Assembly: GCA_025354405.1 (NCBI GenBank)
Contig: JANXMY010000042.1
Coordinates: forward strand, 13,615-77,614
DNA length: 64,000 nt
Direction of reading: 5' to 3'
Origin: Armatimonadota bacterium
GTDB taxonomy: Bacteria; Armatimonadota; Armatimonadia; Armatimonadales; Capsulimonadaceae
The notes under the pieces: generated by a model
Database searches by the model: none
The model's input: the letters and a program-made list of their open reading frames with translations, nothing else
Told to the model about the DNA's origin: nothing
Program-made: the position numbers and the translations under genes
Shown here: in pieces, positions 53,875 through 62,412 of the stretch
Position numbering within the stretch: position 1 is the first letter of the stretch
Layout of the letters: each line of letters begins with the position of its first letter

Positions 53875-55359
53875 ATGTCCAGCCGAATCAACACCAACAC
53901 GACCGCAACCGAAGCCGCATATAACCTCGGTATCAACAGCGCCAATGTCGCGAAGAACATCGAGCGCCTTTCGTCAGGCCTTCGTATCAACTCCGCTGCT
54001 GACGACGCTTCAGGCCTGGTCATCTCGGAAAGCCTGCGTGCCCAGTCCGCCGGCCTGTCCCAGGCAACTTCCAACACCAACGATGCTATCAATGTCGTGA
54101 AAACGGCAGAAGGCGCTCTCAACGAAGTTCACGCACTGCTCATCAATATTCGTCAGCTCGTGGTACACGCCGCGAACGTCGGCGCAAACGATCCGACAGC
54201 ACTCAAAGCCAATCAGGACTCCATCGCCTCCGCCGTCGCCAGCATCAACCGCATCGCCGGAACGACCCAGTTTAACAATAAAAATCTGCTCGACGGCTCC
54301 GCCAGCTCTTCGTCCGCAGCCGTCACCGGCGGCACGGGCACTGCAGTCGCAGCCGCCGGAAACAACCTGAGCATCGTTTCCCAGGCCGCCGGCTACGGTG
54401 CATCTGCGATCACCAGCGGCAGCGTTACTTCCACTGCGGCGACCGCGGAGAAGCAGACAGTCACCTTCACAACCGCCGTGACAGCGGGTACATTCGGCGG
54501 CAACTTCTCCATCGAAGGCAAAGCAGTCACCCTGACCGGCTCCGCTAACACGGCGGCGCAGGTTGCGACCGCAATTCAGCAGCAGACGGGCCTGAACTAT
54601 ACTGTGTCCACGGCCGGTTCCACCGCCGTCTTCACCAGCCAGGCCACGGGAAAAGCTGCCTCGACTTCGGATTATTCGGGCCTGACTAACGCCGGCGGTG
54701 GCGCCTACGCCTCAACGGTAGTCACGACGACTGGTGCGAGCGGCTCACTGACAATCAACGGACAGACCAGTGACACGACCAGCGCGGATGGGAAAACGTT
54801 CAGCTTCACCACCGGTGGACTGAAAGGATTGTCCCTCTCGACCAGCTCGACCCTGGGCGGAACCATCGGGACATTCAGCGCGACCGCCGACAAGGCCGTC
54901 TCCGGCCAGGACCTCCAGTTCCAGATCGGTGCGAACGCCGGCCAAACGGTCAACGTCAGCATCGGCAGCGCGAAGGCCAGCAATTTGGGCAGCTACACGA
55001 ATGCCGCCAGCAAGAGTCTGAACCTGGGCGACCTGCTCAGCGGCGGTGCGCTGAACGTCGCCGACCCAACCGGCGCCGCACAGCAGGATGCACTGAAAAT
55101 CGTCGACCAGGCCATTGCGGACGTCTCAACAACCCGCGAAAAACTGGGCGCGCTTCAGAGCAATGTTCTGGAATCGAATGTCCGCAGCCTCGGAGTTGCG
55201 CAGCAGAATACGGATGCCTCCCAGAGCACCATCCGCGACACGAACCTCTCCTCGGAGATTGTCGACTTCACGAAGAACCAGATCCTGGTTCAGGCCGGTA
55301 CCAGCGCCCTGGCGCAGGCCAACCAGGCTCCCCAGGCCATCCTGAAACTGCTTCAGTAA
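53875..55359 (+). CDS. fliC: Flagellin
   Basis: MSSRINTNTTATEAAYNL ... LSSGLRINSAADDASGL at the N-terminus and SALAQANQAPQAILKLLQ at the C-terminus. The ATG at 53875 follows AAGGAAG. Confidence 0.93.
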   Translation: MSSRINTNTTATEAAYNLGINSANVAKNIERLSSGLRINSAADDASGLVISESLRAQSAGLSQATSNTNDAINVVKTAEGALNEVHALLINIRQLVVHAANVGANDPTALKANQDSIASAVASINRIAGTTQFNNKNLLDGSASSSSAAVTGGTGTAVAAAGNNLSIVSQAAGYGASAITSGSVTSTAATAEKQTVTFTTAVTAGTFGGNFSIEGKAVTLTGSANTAAQVATAIQQQTGLNYTVSTAGSTAVFTSQATGKAASTSDYSGLTNAGGGAYASTVVTTTGASGSLTINGQTSDTTSADGKTFSFTTGGLKGLSLSTSSTLGGTIGTFSATADKAVSGQDLQFQIGANAGQTVNVSIGSAKASNLGSYTNAASKSLNLGDLLSGGALNVADPTGAAQQDALKIVDQAIADVSTTREKLGALQSNVLESNVRSLGVAQQNTDASQSTIRDTNLSSEIVDFTKNQILVQAGTSALAQANQAPQAILKLLQ

Positions 55360-55381
55360 TCCGGGCCGCTTTCGACCCAAC

Positions 55382-55412
55382 GGGGGCTGCTTCGGCAGCC
55401 TCCGTTTTTTTT
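55382..55412 (+). terminator. Rho-independent terminator after fliC
   Basis: GGGGGCTGC ttcg GCAGCCTCC followed by a T8 run. Confidence 0.85.
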
Positions 55413-55479
55413 GCGTCTGTCCACTAAAGAAACTCCGCGCCGACGCCGATATTAGAACTATCGCAGGAGACCCACCGTT

Positions 55480-57855
55480 ATGAGTACACCCAGCATCAGT
55501 TTTTCCGGCCTTGCTTCCGGCATCGACTCCGCCGGTATCATCGCACAGCTGACCACTGTCGCCCAGAAACCCGTCAAGCTGCTTCAGGGCAAAGACGATA
55601 CCTATAATGCTTCACTCGCCGCCTGGCAGCAGTTCAATTCCGCACTCTCGTCGCTGCAATCCTCCGTTGCCACACTCAGCCAGCCGGCCACTTTCAACAC
55701 GGCCAGCGCAACATCTTCCGTTCCCGCCGTTGCGACCATCACGACCCTGCCCGGCGCAACGATCGGAGACCACAGCCTTTCAGTGACTCAGCTGGCGTCG
55801 GCACAAAAAGTCGTATCGGCTTCCGTCACCAGCGGCAGCACCTCCCTCGGCAAGTCGGGAAGCTTTACACTTAACGGCAAAACCGTCGCGATCAACAGCA
55901 CAGATGCGCTGACCGACATCGCCGTCAAGATCAATGCAGCACAAACTGGAGTAAGCGCAACCGTGGTCAATGTCGGGCCAAATGACTTCCGCCTGACTCT
56001 GACCAGTCACCTCAGCGGCACGGCAAACACTATCGCCGCTTCCGACATCACCGGCGGCGTACTCGGCGGTCTGGGGATCCTCGGAAGCGGTGCCTCAACT
56101 GCGCGCAGTGCGGTCAGCTTCACCCAGAATAGCACGGTATACACCGGTGCGGCCTCCCTGACACTCGCCAGTGCCACCCAGTCTGTGGGCAGCCTGCTGG
56201 GAATACAGTCCGGGCAGGCAGCAAACGGAACTTTTCATCTCTCGAACGGTGGAACTGGAACCGGGAACGAAGCCGACATTGCGATTAATTTGAATACGGC
56301 TTCGCTCACGGATGTTGCTAACGCGATCAATCAGGCGGGGATCACTGGTGTTTCCGCCGAAGTCGTGACCATCCCCGATGTCAACGGCAACCTGGGCCGT
56401 ATACACCAGCTTGAAATCGTCAACAAAGGCAGCACCGCTCCGACATTCACCGATCCAAACGGTGTGCTTGGCACACTTGGAGTACTTCAGGCGCCTTACA
56501 CCCAGACCGCTTCGGCGGCAAAGGATGCGAAGTTCAATCTCGACGGACTTGACCTGGTACGCTCCTCCAATACTATCGGAGATGTCATCCCTGGCGCGAC
56601 CGTCAAGCTGCTCTCCGGGACAGTCGCGACCCCAGGTGTCACCGATCTGAATATCACCCAGAATACGGATACCGTCGTGCAGGCGGTGACATCACTGGCG
56701 ACGGCTTACAATGCCATCCAGGATTTCGTCGCATCCGAAAACAAGTTCACTCCGCCCACCGACAGCAAGGCTGGCGTCGCCGGAACGAATGCCCCCCTGT
56801 TCGGTGACACGACGCTTTCCCAGATTCAGGATCAGCTCTCCAAGGCTTTGACTGCCGTTTCCGGGAACACAACCCTCGAGTCGATCGGCATCACGATGGG
56901 CCAGGATGGCAAGCTTACCGTAGATTCCACTGCGCTGACAACGATGCTGCAAACCGACCCGACCAAGGTTTCCAAACTCTTCAGTGCCTCGGGAACTACC
57001 GACGGCAGTGCGGTGACATTCGTTTCCGCAAGCCCAAAGACAGTCGCTACCAGCGGCGTCGGCTATGCCGTGAATATCACGCGCCCCGCGACACAGTCCA
57101 CCGGCGCAGCGGGTACAGCGACGACGCCCGGCGGAATCAGCAGTGCCCCGGAGACGCTCAGCTTCACCGGTGCCTTGTTCCCCGCCGGGATAAAGCTGAC
57201 TTTGCCCGTCGGCAGCACCCTCCAGGATACGGTCTCGCTGATTAATAATACCAGCAGCCTCAATTCCAATATCTATGCGAGCGTCGACTCGAGTAACCAT
57301 CTTGTGCTGTCATCGCAGCGATACGGGTCGGGAAACAGCTTCATGGTCAACTCCGACAGTGCGGCGGCCTCGACGAACTCCGGGATCGGTCCTGCACTTG
57401 CCGTGAGCACCGGTCTGGATGTCACAGGAACCATTAACGGCGAACCAGCGACGGGAACCGGCCGAACACTCTCCGGCAATGCGGGGAATGCGACCACTGA
57501 AGGTCTGCAGGTCCTGGTCAGTGCGACGGCTGCTTCGGGGACAACTCCCAATCATGTCGCCGTGACACATGGGGTGGCAGATAGCCTCAGCCAAACTTTG
57601 ACACAGCTCCTTGACCCGATCAACGGAGCCGTGGCCGGGGCAGAGGCGGGGATTAATTCGCAGATCTCCGACACGCAGTCCCAAATCGCACAGATTCAGG
57701 CGTCGGTCAGCACCTACACCGATTACCTGACCCAGCTTTTCAGCCAGATGGAAACGCGAATCAGTATTTTACAGGCACAGGGCAACGCCTTCAATGCGCA
57801 GGTCGGCAACTCGAACAATAACAGCAGCAGTTCAGGAACTCTCAAGAGCGGATAA
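55480..57855 (+). CDS. fliD: Flagellar filament cap protein FliD (long, 791 aa)
   Basis: N-terminus ISFSGLASGIDSAGIIAQL and a C-terminal coiled coil (YTDYLTQLFSQMETRISILQ). Confidence 0.88.
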   Translation: MSTPSISFSGLASGIDSAGIIAQLTTVAQKPVKLLQGKDDTYNASLAAWQQFNSALSSLQSSVATLSQPATFNTASATSSVPAVATITTLPGATIGDHSLSVTQLASAQKVVSASVTSGSTSLGKSGSFTLNGKTVAINSTDALTDIAVKINAAQTGVSATVVNVGPNDFRLTLTSHLSGTANTIAASDITGGVLGGLGILGSGASTARSAVSFTQNSTVYTGAASLTLASATQSVGSLLGIQSGQAANGTFHLSNGGTGTGNEADIAINLNTASLTDVANAINQAGITGVSAEVVTIPDVNGNLGRIHQLEIVNKGSTAPTFTDPNGVLGTLGVLQAPYTQTASAAKDAKFNLDGLDLVRSSNTIGDVIPGATVKLLSGTVATPGVTDLNITQNTDTVVQAVTSLATAYNAIQDFVASENKFTPPTDSKAGVAGTNAPLFGDTTLSQIQDQLSKALTAVSGNTTLESIGITMGQDGKLTVDSTALTTMLQTDPTKVSKLFSASGTTDGSAVTFVSASPKTVATSGVGYAVNITRPATQSTGAAGTATTPGGISSAPETLSFTGALFPAGIKLTLPVGSTLQDTVSLINNTSSLNSNIYASVDSSNHLVLSSQRYGSGNSFMVNSDSAAASTNSGIGPALAVSTGLDVTGTINGEPATGTGRTLSGNAGNATTEGLQVLVSATAASGTTPNHVAVTHGVADSLSQTLTQLLDPINGAVAGAEAGINSQISDTQSQIAQIQASVSTYTDYLTQLFSQMETRISILQAQGNAFNAQVGNSNNNSSSSGTLKSG

Positions 57856-57872
57856 GTAAGCACTAAAAAACT

Positions 57873-58289
57873 ATGAGTCTACCAAACCCTTACGCACAGT
57901 ATCGCCAGAACAATGTCGAAACGGCGACCCCCACCCGCATGGTCGTCATGCTTTATGATGGCGCCATTCGATTTCTGAGCCAATCTCTTCCCGCGATGCG
58001 GATCAAAAAATACGATCAGCAATCCGAGAATATCGGCAAGGCTCAGGCAATCATCTCTCATCTGCGCAGCACGCTGGACTTCGATGCGGGCGGCCCAGTC
58101 GCAAAGCACCTAGACAGCCTATATATCGGCTTGTTCGATACGCTGACCGAAGCTAACATACATGACAAGCCTGAGCTAATCGAGCAGGCCATCGAAGCCC
58201 TGCGCGAACTGCGCGAAGCCTGGGCAGAAGTGGATCGTCAGTGCCAGATCCTGAAGGCCCCGAAGGCGATAGAGCGTATTGCAGCCTGA
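57873..58289 (+). CDS. fliS: Flagellin-specific export chaperone FliS
   Basis: NPYAQYRQNNVETATPTRMVVMLYDGAIRFL, 138 aa, positioned after fliD. Confidence 0.9.
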   Translation: MSLPNPYAQYRQNNVETATPTRMVVMLYDGAIRFLSQSLPAMRIKKYDQQSENIGKAQAIISHLRSTLDFDAGGPVAKHLDSLYIGLFDTLTEANIHDKPELIEQAIEALRELREAWAEVDRQCQILKAPKAIERIAA

Positions 58290-58317
58290 AAATGAGTACC
58301 GAAAGGAAAATTGAGAG

Positions 58318-58707
58318 ATGTCACTAGCGACCGGTAATTCCGAGCGTGCGAAATTTGGGTATCTGATGGATCTTGCCCTGGAACAGATCACAGCTCTGGA
58401 AACCGATGACTTGATCGCGTTCGACCGCATTCTTGGAGCAAAGCGATCGATTATCGAGAGTATGCGTGACACGCCAAGCCTGCTGGCCGCCGACCCGACC
58501 CTCGAGGGGATCGTCATCCAGATCCAGGACGCCGACAAAATGGCGCAAAAACTTTTGTACCGTAAAGTAGGCCGTATTATGCGGGAGATGGATACCCTGA
58601 ACCGCCAGAAGAAGGCACGCGGGGCGTACGATGCGGATCGCATATCCACCAAGCGTACGATCGGCTTCCTGCCGGACACACCAAGCTATCTAGATACAGT
58701 GCTGTGA
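58318..58707 (+). CDS. Small helical protein, possible FlgN/FliT-like flagellar chaperone
   Basis: Only its position after fliS and its helical character support this. No motif is recognised. Confidence 0.4.
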   Translation: MSLATGNSERAKFGYLMDLALEQITALETDDLIAFDRILGAKRSIIESMRDTPSLLAADPTLEGIVIQIQDADKMAQKLLYRKVGRIMREMDTLNRQKKARGAYDADRISTKRTIGFLPDTPSYLDTVL

Positions 58708-58763
58708 GTATCTCTGCCATCGGCTTTTGGAATCTCAAGTCAAAGGCTGAAGAATCTCAGGTC

Positions 58764-58792
58764 AAAGGCTGAGGAGCCTCAGCCTTTTGTCT
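58764..58792 (+). terminator. Rho-independent terminator closing the fliD operon
   Basis: AAAGGCTGAGG ag CCTCAGCCTTT followed by TGTCTT. It is preceded by a direct repeat of CTCA(A/G)GTCAAAGGCTGA. Confidence 0.7.
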
Positions 58793-58851
58793 TAGTTTCC
58801 TCTCGGTCTTACGTTCTTCTCTTTTTCCCCTCATCATGCTACAATAGGACT

Positions 58852-59718
58852 ATGCCTACTCCCAACACCTCAGTTTTTGATTCTCCACACCCACTTGCCG
58901 GTTCTATTTTTGACCATGAGTTTTGGCAGGGTGAATCGTCCTGGATGGTACTGGCCGATGTCGGCAAGATCGTAGTCATCTACCTGCTTCTGCGCTTTGC
59001 CCTGAACCGACTGATCGACAAGGTGCTGATGCCCGTGTTGGCACGTGGCGAAAGCCGCATTGACCCGACTCAGGTCTCCCGCATCAAAACGCTGGCCGGT
59101 CTGGTTAAAAGTACCCTCAGCTACATACTCAATTTTGTCTTTGGCATTATGATTCTCCGCGCCCTACGCCTTGACCCCATTCCCCTGCTGACCACCGCCA
59201 GTGTGGCGGGCCTGGCCGTAGGCTTTGGAGCGCAAAAACTAGTCAAGGACATGATCTCGGGGTTCTTTATCCTGCTGGAAAATCAGTACGGCATCGGCGA
59301 CTACGTCACCATCGGGGTGGTCACGGGGACGGTTGAAGAGATCGGGCTCCGCACGACCCGTCTGCGCGACGATGTCGGTAAGCTTTACATTCTTGCCAAC
59401 GGCGATATTTCGCAGGTCTGCAACCAGAGTCGGGGCGCAGTGGCCTCGTTTATTGAGATCGGCGTTGCCTCCACGGCGGACGTCGCACACGTAACTGAGA
59501 TCATCAATCTGGCCGGAGAAGACCTGGCCCGTGAGCAGCCCGACCTCAGCCTGGCCAGTCCACCGGCAGTGCAGGGGCTCGGCGCGATGGATGCCGCCAA
59601 GCTGACCTTGCGCGTTTCCTGCCCCGTCGTCACCCCTGCCCGTCTGACGCGCGCGCAAATCGCGCTGCGGGGATTGATTCATCAGCGGCTGGGGGAAGCG
59701 GGTGTGGGGCTGGCGTAG
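58852..59718 (+). CDS. Small-conductance mechanosensitive channel (MscS family)
   Basis: TM3 pore-like LAVGFGAQKLVKDMISGFFILLENQYGIGDYV followed by a beta domain. Confidence 0.85.
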   Translation: MPTPNTSVFDSPHPLAGSIFDHEFWQGESSWMVLADVGKIVVIYLLLRFALNRLIDKVLMPVLARGESRIDPTQVSRIKTLAGLVKSTLSYILNFVFGIMILRALRLDPIPLLTTASVAGLAVGFGAQKLVKDMISGFFILLENQYGIGDYVTIGVVTGTVEEIGLRTTRLRDDVGKLYILANGDISQVCNQSRGAVASFIEIGVASTADVAHVTEIINLAGEDLAREQPDLSLASPPAVQGLGAMDAAKLTLRVSCPVVTPARLTRAQIALRGLIHQRLGEAGVGLA

Positions 59719-59720
59719 CA

Positions 59721-59750
59721 TAACGAAAAGAAAACCAGTTATCTTTTCGT
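59721..59750 (+). terminator. Stem-loop after the MscS gene
   Basis: AACGAAAAG-N12-CTTTTCGTT. Confidence 0.4.
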
Positions 59751-59864
59751 TGCAGGTATGCTAACAAAAACATCCTTTTGTCACAAAGTTTCTTATTAAA
59801 GAATATAAGCTTTTTCTTTAATAACTGGTATAATTATTAAAGACTTCTTCAATAAAGAACTGCT

Positions 59865-61034
59865 ATGAACCGCAACTCAGGCCAGTATCTTCGGAGTTCG
59901 ACCTCTCCGGAGCCGTTTCTGGCTTTTTTGCCATCTCCCCTGCCTCCTACACCGCCCCTGGAGATCACCTTTCCAATTCAACAGCTCTTGGAGCAGGCAA
60001 ACCGTGCCCTGGGGCGACTGGATGGTATTGGGACAATGCTGCCGGACAGGCGACTTTTTTTGTACTCTTACATTCGTAAAGAGGCACTTCTCTCGTCACA
60101 AATTGAAGGGACACAGTCCTCATTTTCCGATTTGCTACTTTATGAAAGTAAAGCAGTACCCGGCGTCCCTCTCGACGATGTGCAGGAAGTCTCAAATTAT
60201 GTTGCGGCAATGGAACATGGCTTGCAGCGCATCGCCGAGGGCTTTCCGCTTTCGCTGCGGCTGATTTGTGAGCTTCATGCGATCCTGCTCTCGGGAGCTC
60301 GTGGCAGCCATAAATCGCCGGGGGAATTCCGGCGGTCTCAGAATTGGATCGGTGGTTCCCGCCCCGGCAATGCCCGTTATGTTCCCCCAACACCGGAAAA
60401 ACTCATGGAGTGTCTCGGCGCTTTAGAAAAGTTCTGGCACGATGACCCCGCTCCGACACCGACTTTAATCAAAGCGGCACTGGCTCACGTTCAATTCGAG
60501 TCCATTCATCCGTTCCTCGATGGAAACGGGCGTGTGGGGCGACTGCTAATCACCCTGCTGCTCTGTGCAGAAGGAGCAATCGCTCAGCCACTACTCTATT
60601 TGAGTCTTTACCTCAAGACCAATCGGGAAGCTTATTACGATCATCTCCAGCAAATTCGGGACACGGGAGATTGGGAAGAATGGCTACGCTTTTTCCTGGA
60701 AGGTGTATTGGAAACGGCAAATGGAGCCGCACAGACGACGCAGGTCATTTTACAAATTTTTGCAGAGGATCGCTGCCGCATCGAAACACTGGGCCGATCA
60801 GCTAGCTCCGCGCTGCGTGTTTTTGGGCAATTGCAGGCTGGCCCATTACTGACTATTACTAACGCCGCCGAAGCACTTCACCTAAGTGTTCCTACTGTTA
60901 TCACGGCAATCCGAAATCTGGAAAAGCTTGACATCATACAGGAGCTGACGGGAAGGCCGCGCAAACGTTTATATGTTTACCGGCGCTATTTGGACATCCT
61001 AAACGAAGGTGCGGAACCTCTGTGGCAGCACTAA
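59865..61034 (+). CDS. Fic family protein (class II, N-terminal inhibitory helix; C-terminal wHTH)
   Basis: Active-site motif HPFLDGNGRVGRLL and inhibitory motif SSQIEG, which fits (S/T)xxxE(G/N), at residues 77-82. 389 aa. Confidence 0.88.
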   Translation: MNRNSGQYLRSSTSPEPFLAFLPSPLPPTPPLEITFPIQQLLEQANRALGRLDGIGTMLPDRRLFLYSYIRKEALLSSQIEGTQSSFSDLLLYESKAVPGVPLDDVQEVSNYVAAMEHGLQRIAEGFPLSLRLICELHAILLSGARGSHKSPGEFRRSQNWIGGSRPGNARYVPPTPEKLMECLGALEKFWHDDPAPTPTLIKAALAHVQFESIHPFLDGNGRVGRLLITLLLCAEGAIAQPLLYLSLYLKTNREAYYDHLQQIRDTGDWEEWLRFFLEGVLETANGAAQTTQVILQIFAEDRCRIETLGRSASSALRVFGQLQAGPLLTITNAAEALHLSVPTVITAIRNLEKLDIIQELTGRPRKRLYVYRRYLDILNEGAEPLWQH

Positions 61035-61138
61035 TTAAAGAATGAAGCCTTATCCTTTAATAACACCGATGGTAATTAAAGCATCCTTTAATAACGGCTC
61101 ACAGCCCATGAGCGTATGAACTTTATGTAAAAGGCAAA

Positions 61139-61774
61139 TTATGGGCAAAAGGCAAGATATTCGGGTCTTCCTATCCGATGCGCTTCCTGTTGCACTTTTA
61201 GTCGGTATTCCTGATATTCATCGTCATACCCCAGATATTTGGCGCAGCAAGCGGCTTTGCGAAACTTATCATAGCAATTATGTTGTTCTTTCACATCAGC
61301 GAAAACGGTAGGAATATCGGTCATACGTTGAAACCAGGGCAGCCCTGCCACAAGGAATTGCTGTCCAATATCCTTCACCACTTGCTCGATATTGCTGCCG
61401 TCAGGCTGAACCCACCAGAGGTCGGTGCGAGATTGTTCGGCGGGATTTGTCAGCTGCTGTGTATATCGCCTCTGGTCAAGGCCGATATCAGGATGATGAC
61501 GCTGCTGGCACTCGTAATCTTGTGGTATGAACTCGTACCATACACCAAGTTGTACTCCCAAAGACATGGAAGGCCATCCTGTCACGGCTGAGAAGTGCCC
61601 GCCTACAGCGCGAATAATCAGGACTCTGGTACAAGGGCTACCCCAGCCCCAGTTGAGGCGGGTTTGTACTTTAGTGAAGCCGTTTTGCCGGAGCAATGGG
61701 GAGAAATGCTGACGAATGACCTTGTTGATTTCCGAGGAGCTTATCACCATTTTAATATGTCCGACCAAAATCAA
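61139..61774 (-). CDS. DUF4304-like hypothetical protein
   Basis: INKVIRQHFSPLLRQNGFTKVQTRLNWGW resembles the DUF4304 N-terminus. An ATGA overlap couples it to the upstream gene. Confidence 0.45.
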   Translation of the reverse strand: MILVGHIKMVISSSEINKVIRQHFSPLLRQNGFTKVQTRLNWGWGSPCTRVLIIRAVGGHFSAVTGWPSMSLGVQLGVWYEFIPQDYECQQRHHPDIGLDQRRYTQQLTNPAEQSRTDLWWVQPDGSNIEQVVKDIGQQFLVAGLPWFQRMTDIPTVFADVKEQHNCYDKFRKAACCAKYLGYDDEYQEYRLKVQQEAHRIGRPEYLAFCP

Positions 61775-62394
61775 TTCATCATCGTCGGCACGGTCCGCAG
61801 GCCCAGGTCCTGCATGGCGGGGGTGCGGGCGAGGGTGGCGAGCAGGCAGCGGCCATCGTCGTGGTTCTGGGGGGCGAGAAAGAACAGCACTCCGTTGGAA
61901 AGGCCCAAGGCTAGAGGCAGAGGGGCATCTCCGGCGTCCAGGCGCAGCTTGAAAAAGCGGGGCAGAAGCTCAGACTGCCACACTCCATGTGCGAACGCGG
62001 CTTCGCCGGGCTTTTGATCGAAAACGAACATACCCTGCCGGGTGCGCAGACTGCCCCCGGTGTACAAGACATACAGGGACAGGGAGCGGACGATCTGCGT
62101 CCCAGAGGATATCCCCTCGACTAGAGTTAAGACCTGATGCAGTATCTCTCGAGCTTCCGCATCGGCGACCAGCCGATGAGAGACGCCCGCCCCGAGCGCA
62201 CCGGCGAACTCCTCCGGCATCTCCCGGAGCTGGTAGTAACCACCTTCGGCGGAAAGCACGGCTTCCGCAACCTCGTTGGAGTATTCCATACCTTCCCCTA
62301 CCCGCCTTTTGATGTAGGCGATAGTCAGGCCATGCTGCGCTTGATAGTCGGCACGCAGAGAAGTAAACTCTGGGTTATCGTCGTATGGGAACAT
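61771..62394 (-). CDS. Hypothetical protein (207 aa), no recognised family
   Basis: An ORF with coding-like composition, 18 nt downstream of the permease stop. Confidence 0.45.
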   Translation of the reverse strand: MFPYDDNPEFTSLRADYQAQHGLTIAYIKRRVGEGMEYSNEVAEAVLSAEGGYYQLREMPEEFAGALGAGVSHRLVADAEAREILHQVLTLVEGISSGTQIVRSLSLYVLYTGGSLRTRQGMFVFDQKPGEAAFAHGVWQSELLPRFFKLRLDAGDAPLPLALGLSNGVLFFLAPQNHDDGRCLLATLARTPAMQDLGLRTVPTMMN

Positions 62395-62412
62395 AAGATA
62401 TCACTTAAAGCT

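Noticed and set aside
53637-54122. 161-aa minus-strand ORF
   Set aside because: It is antisense to the conserved flagellin N-terminus.
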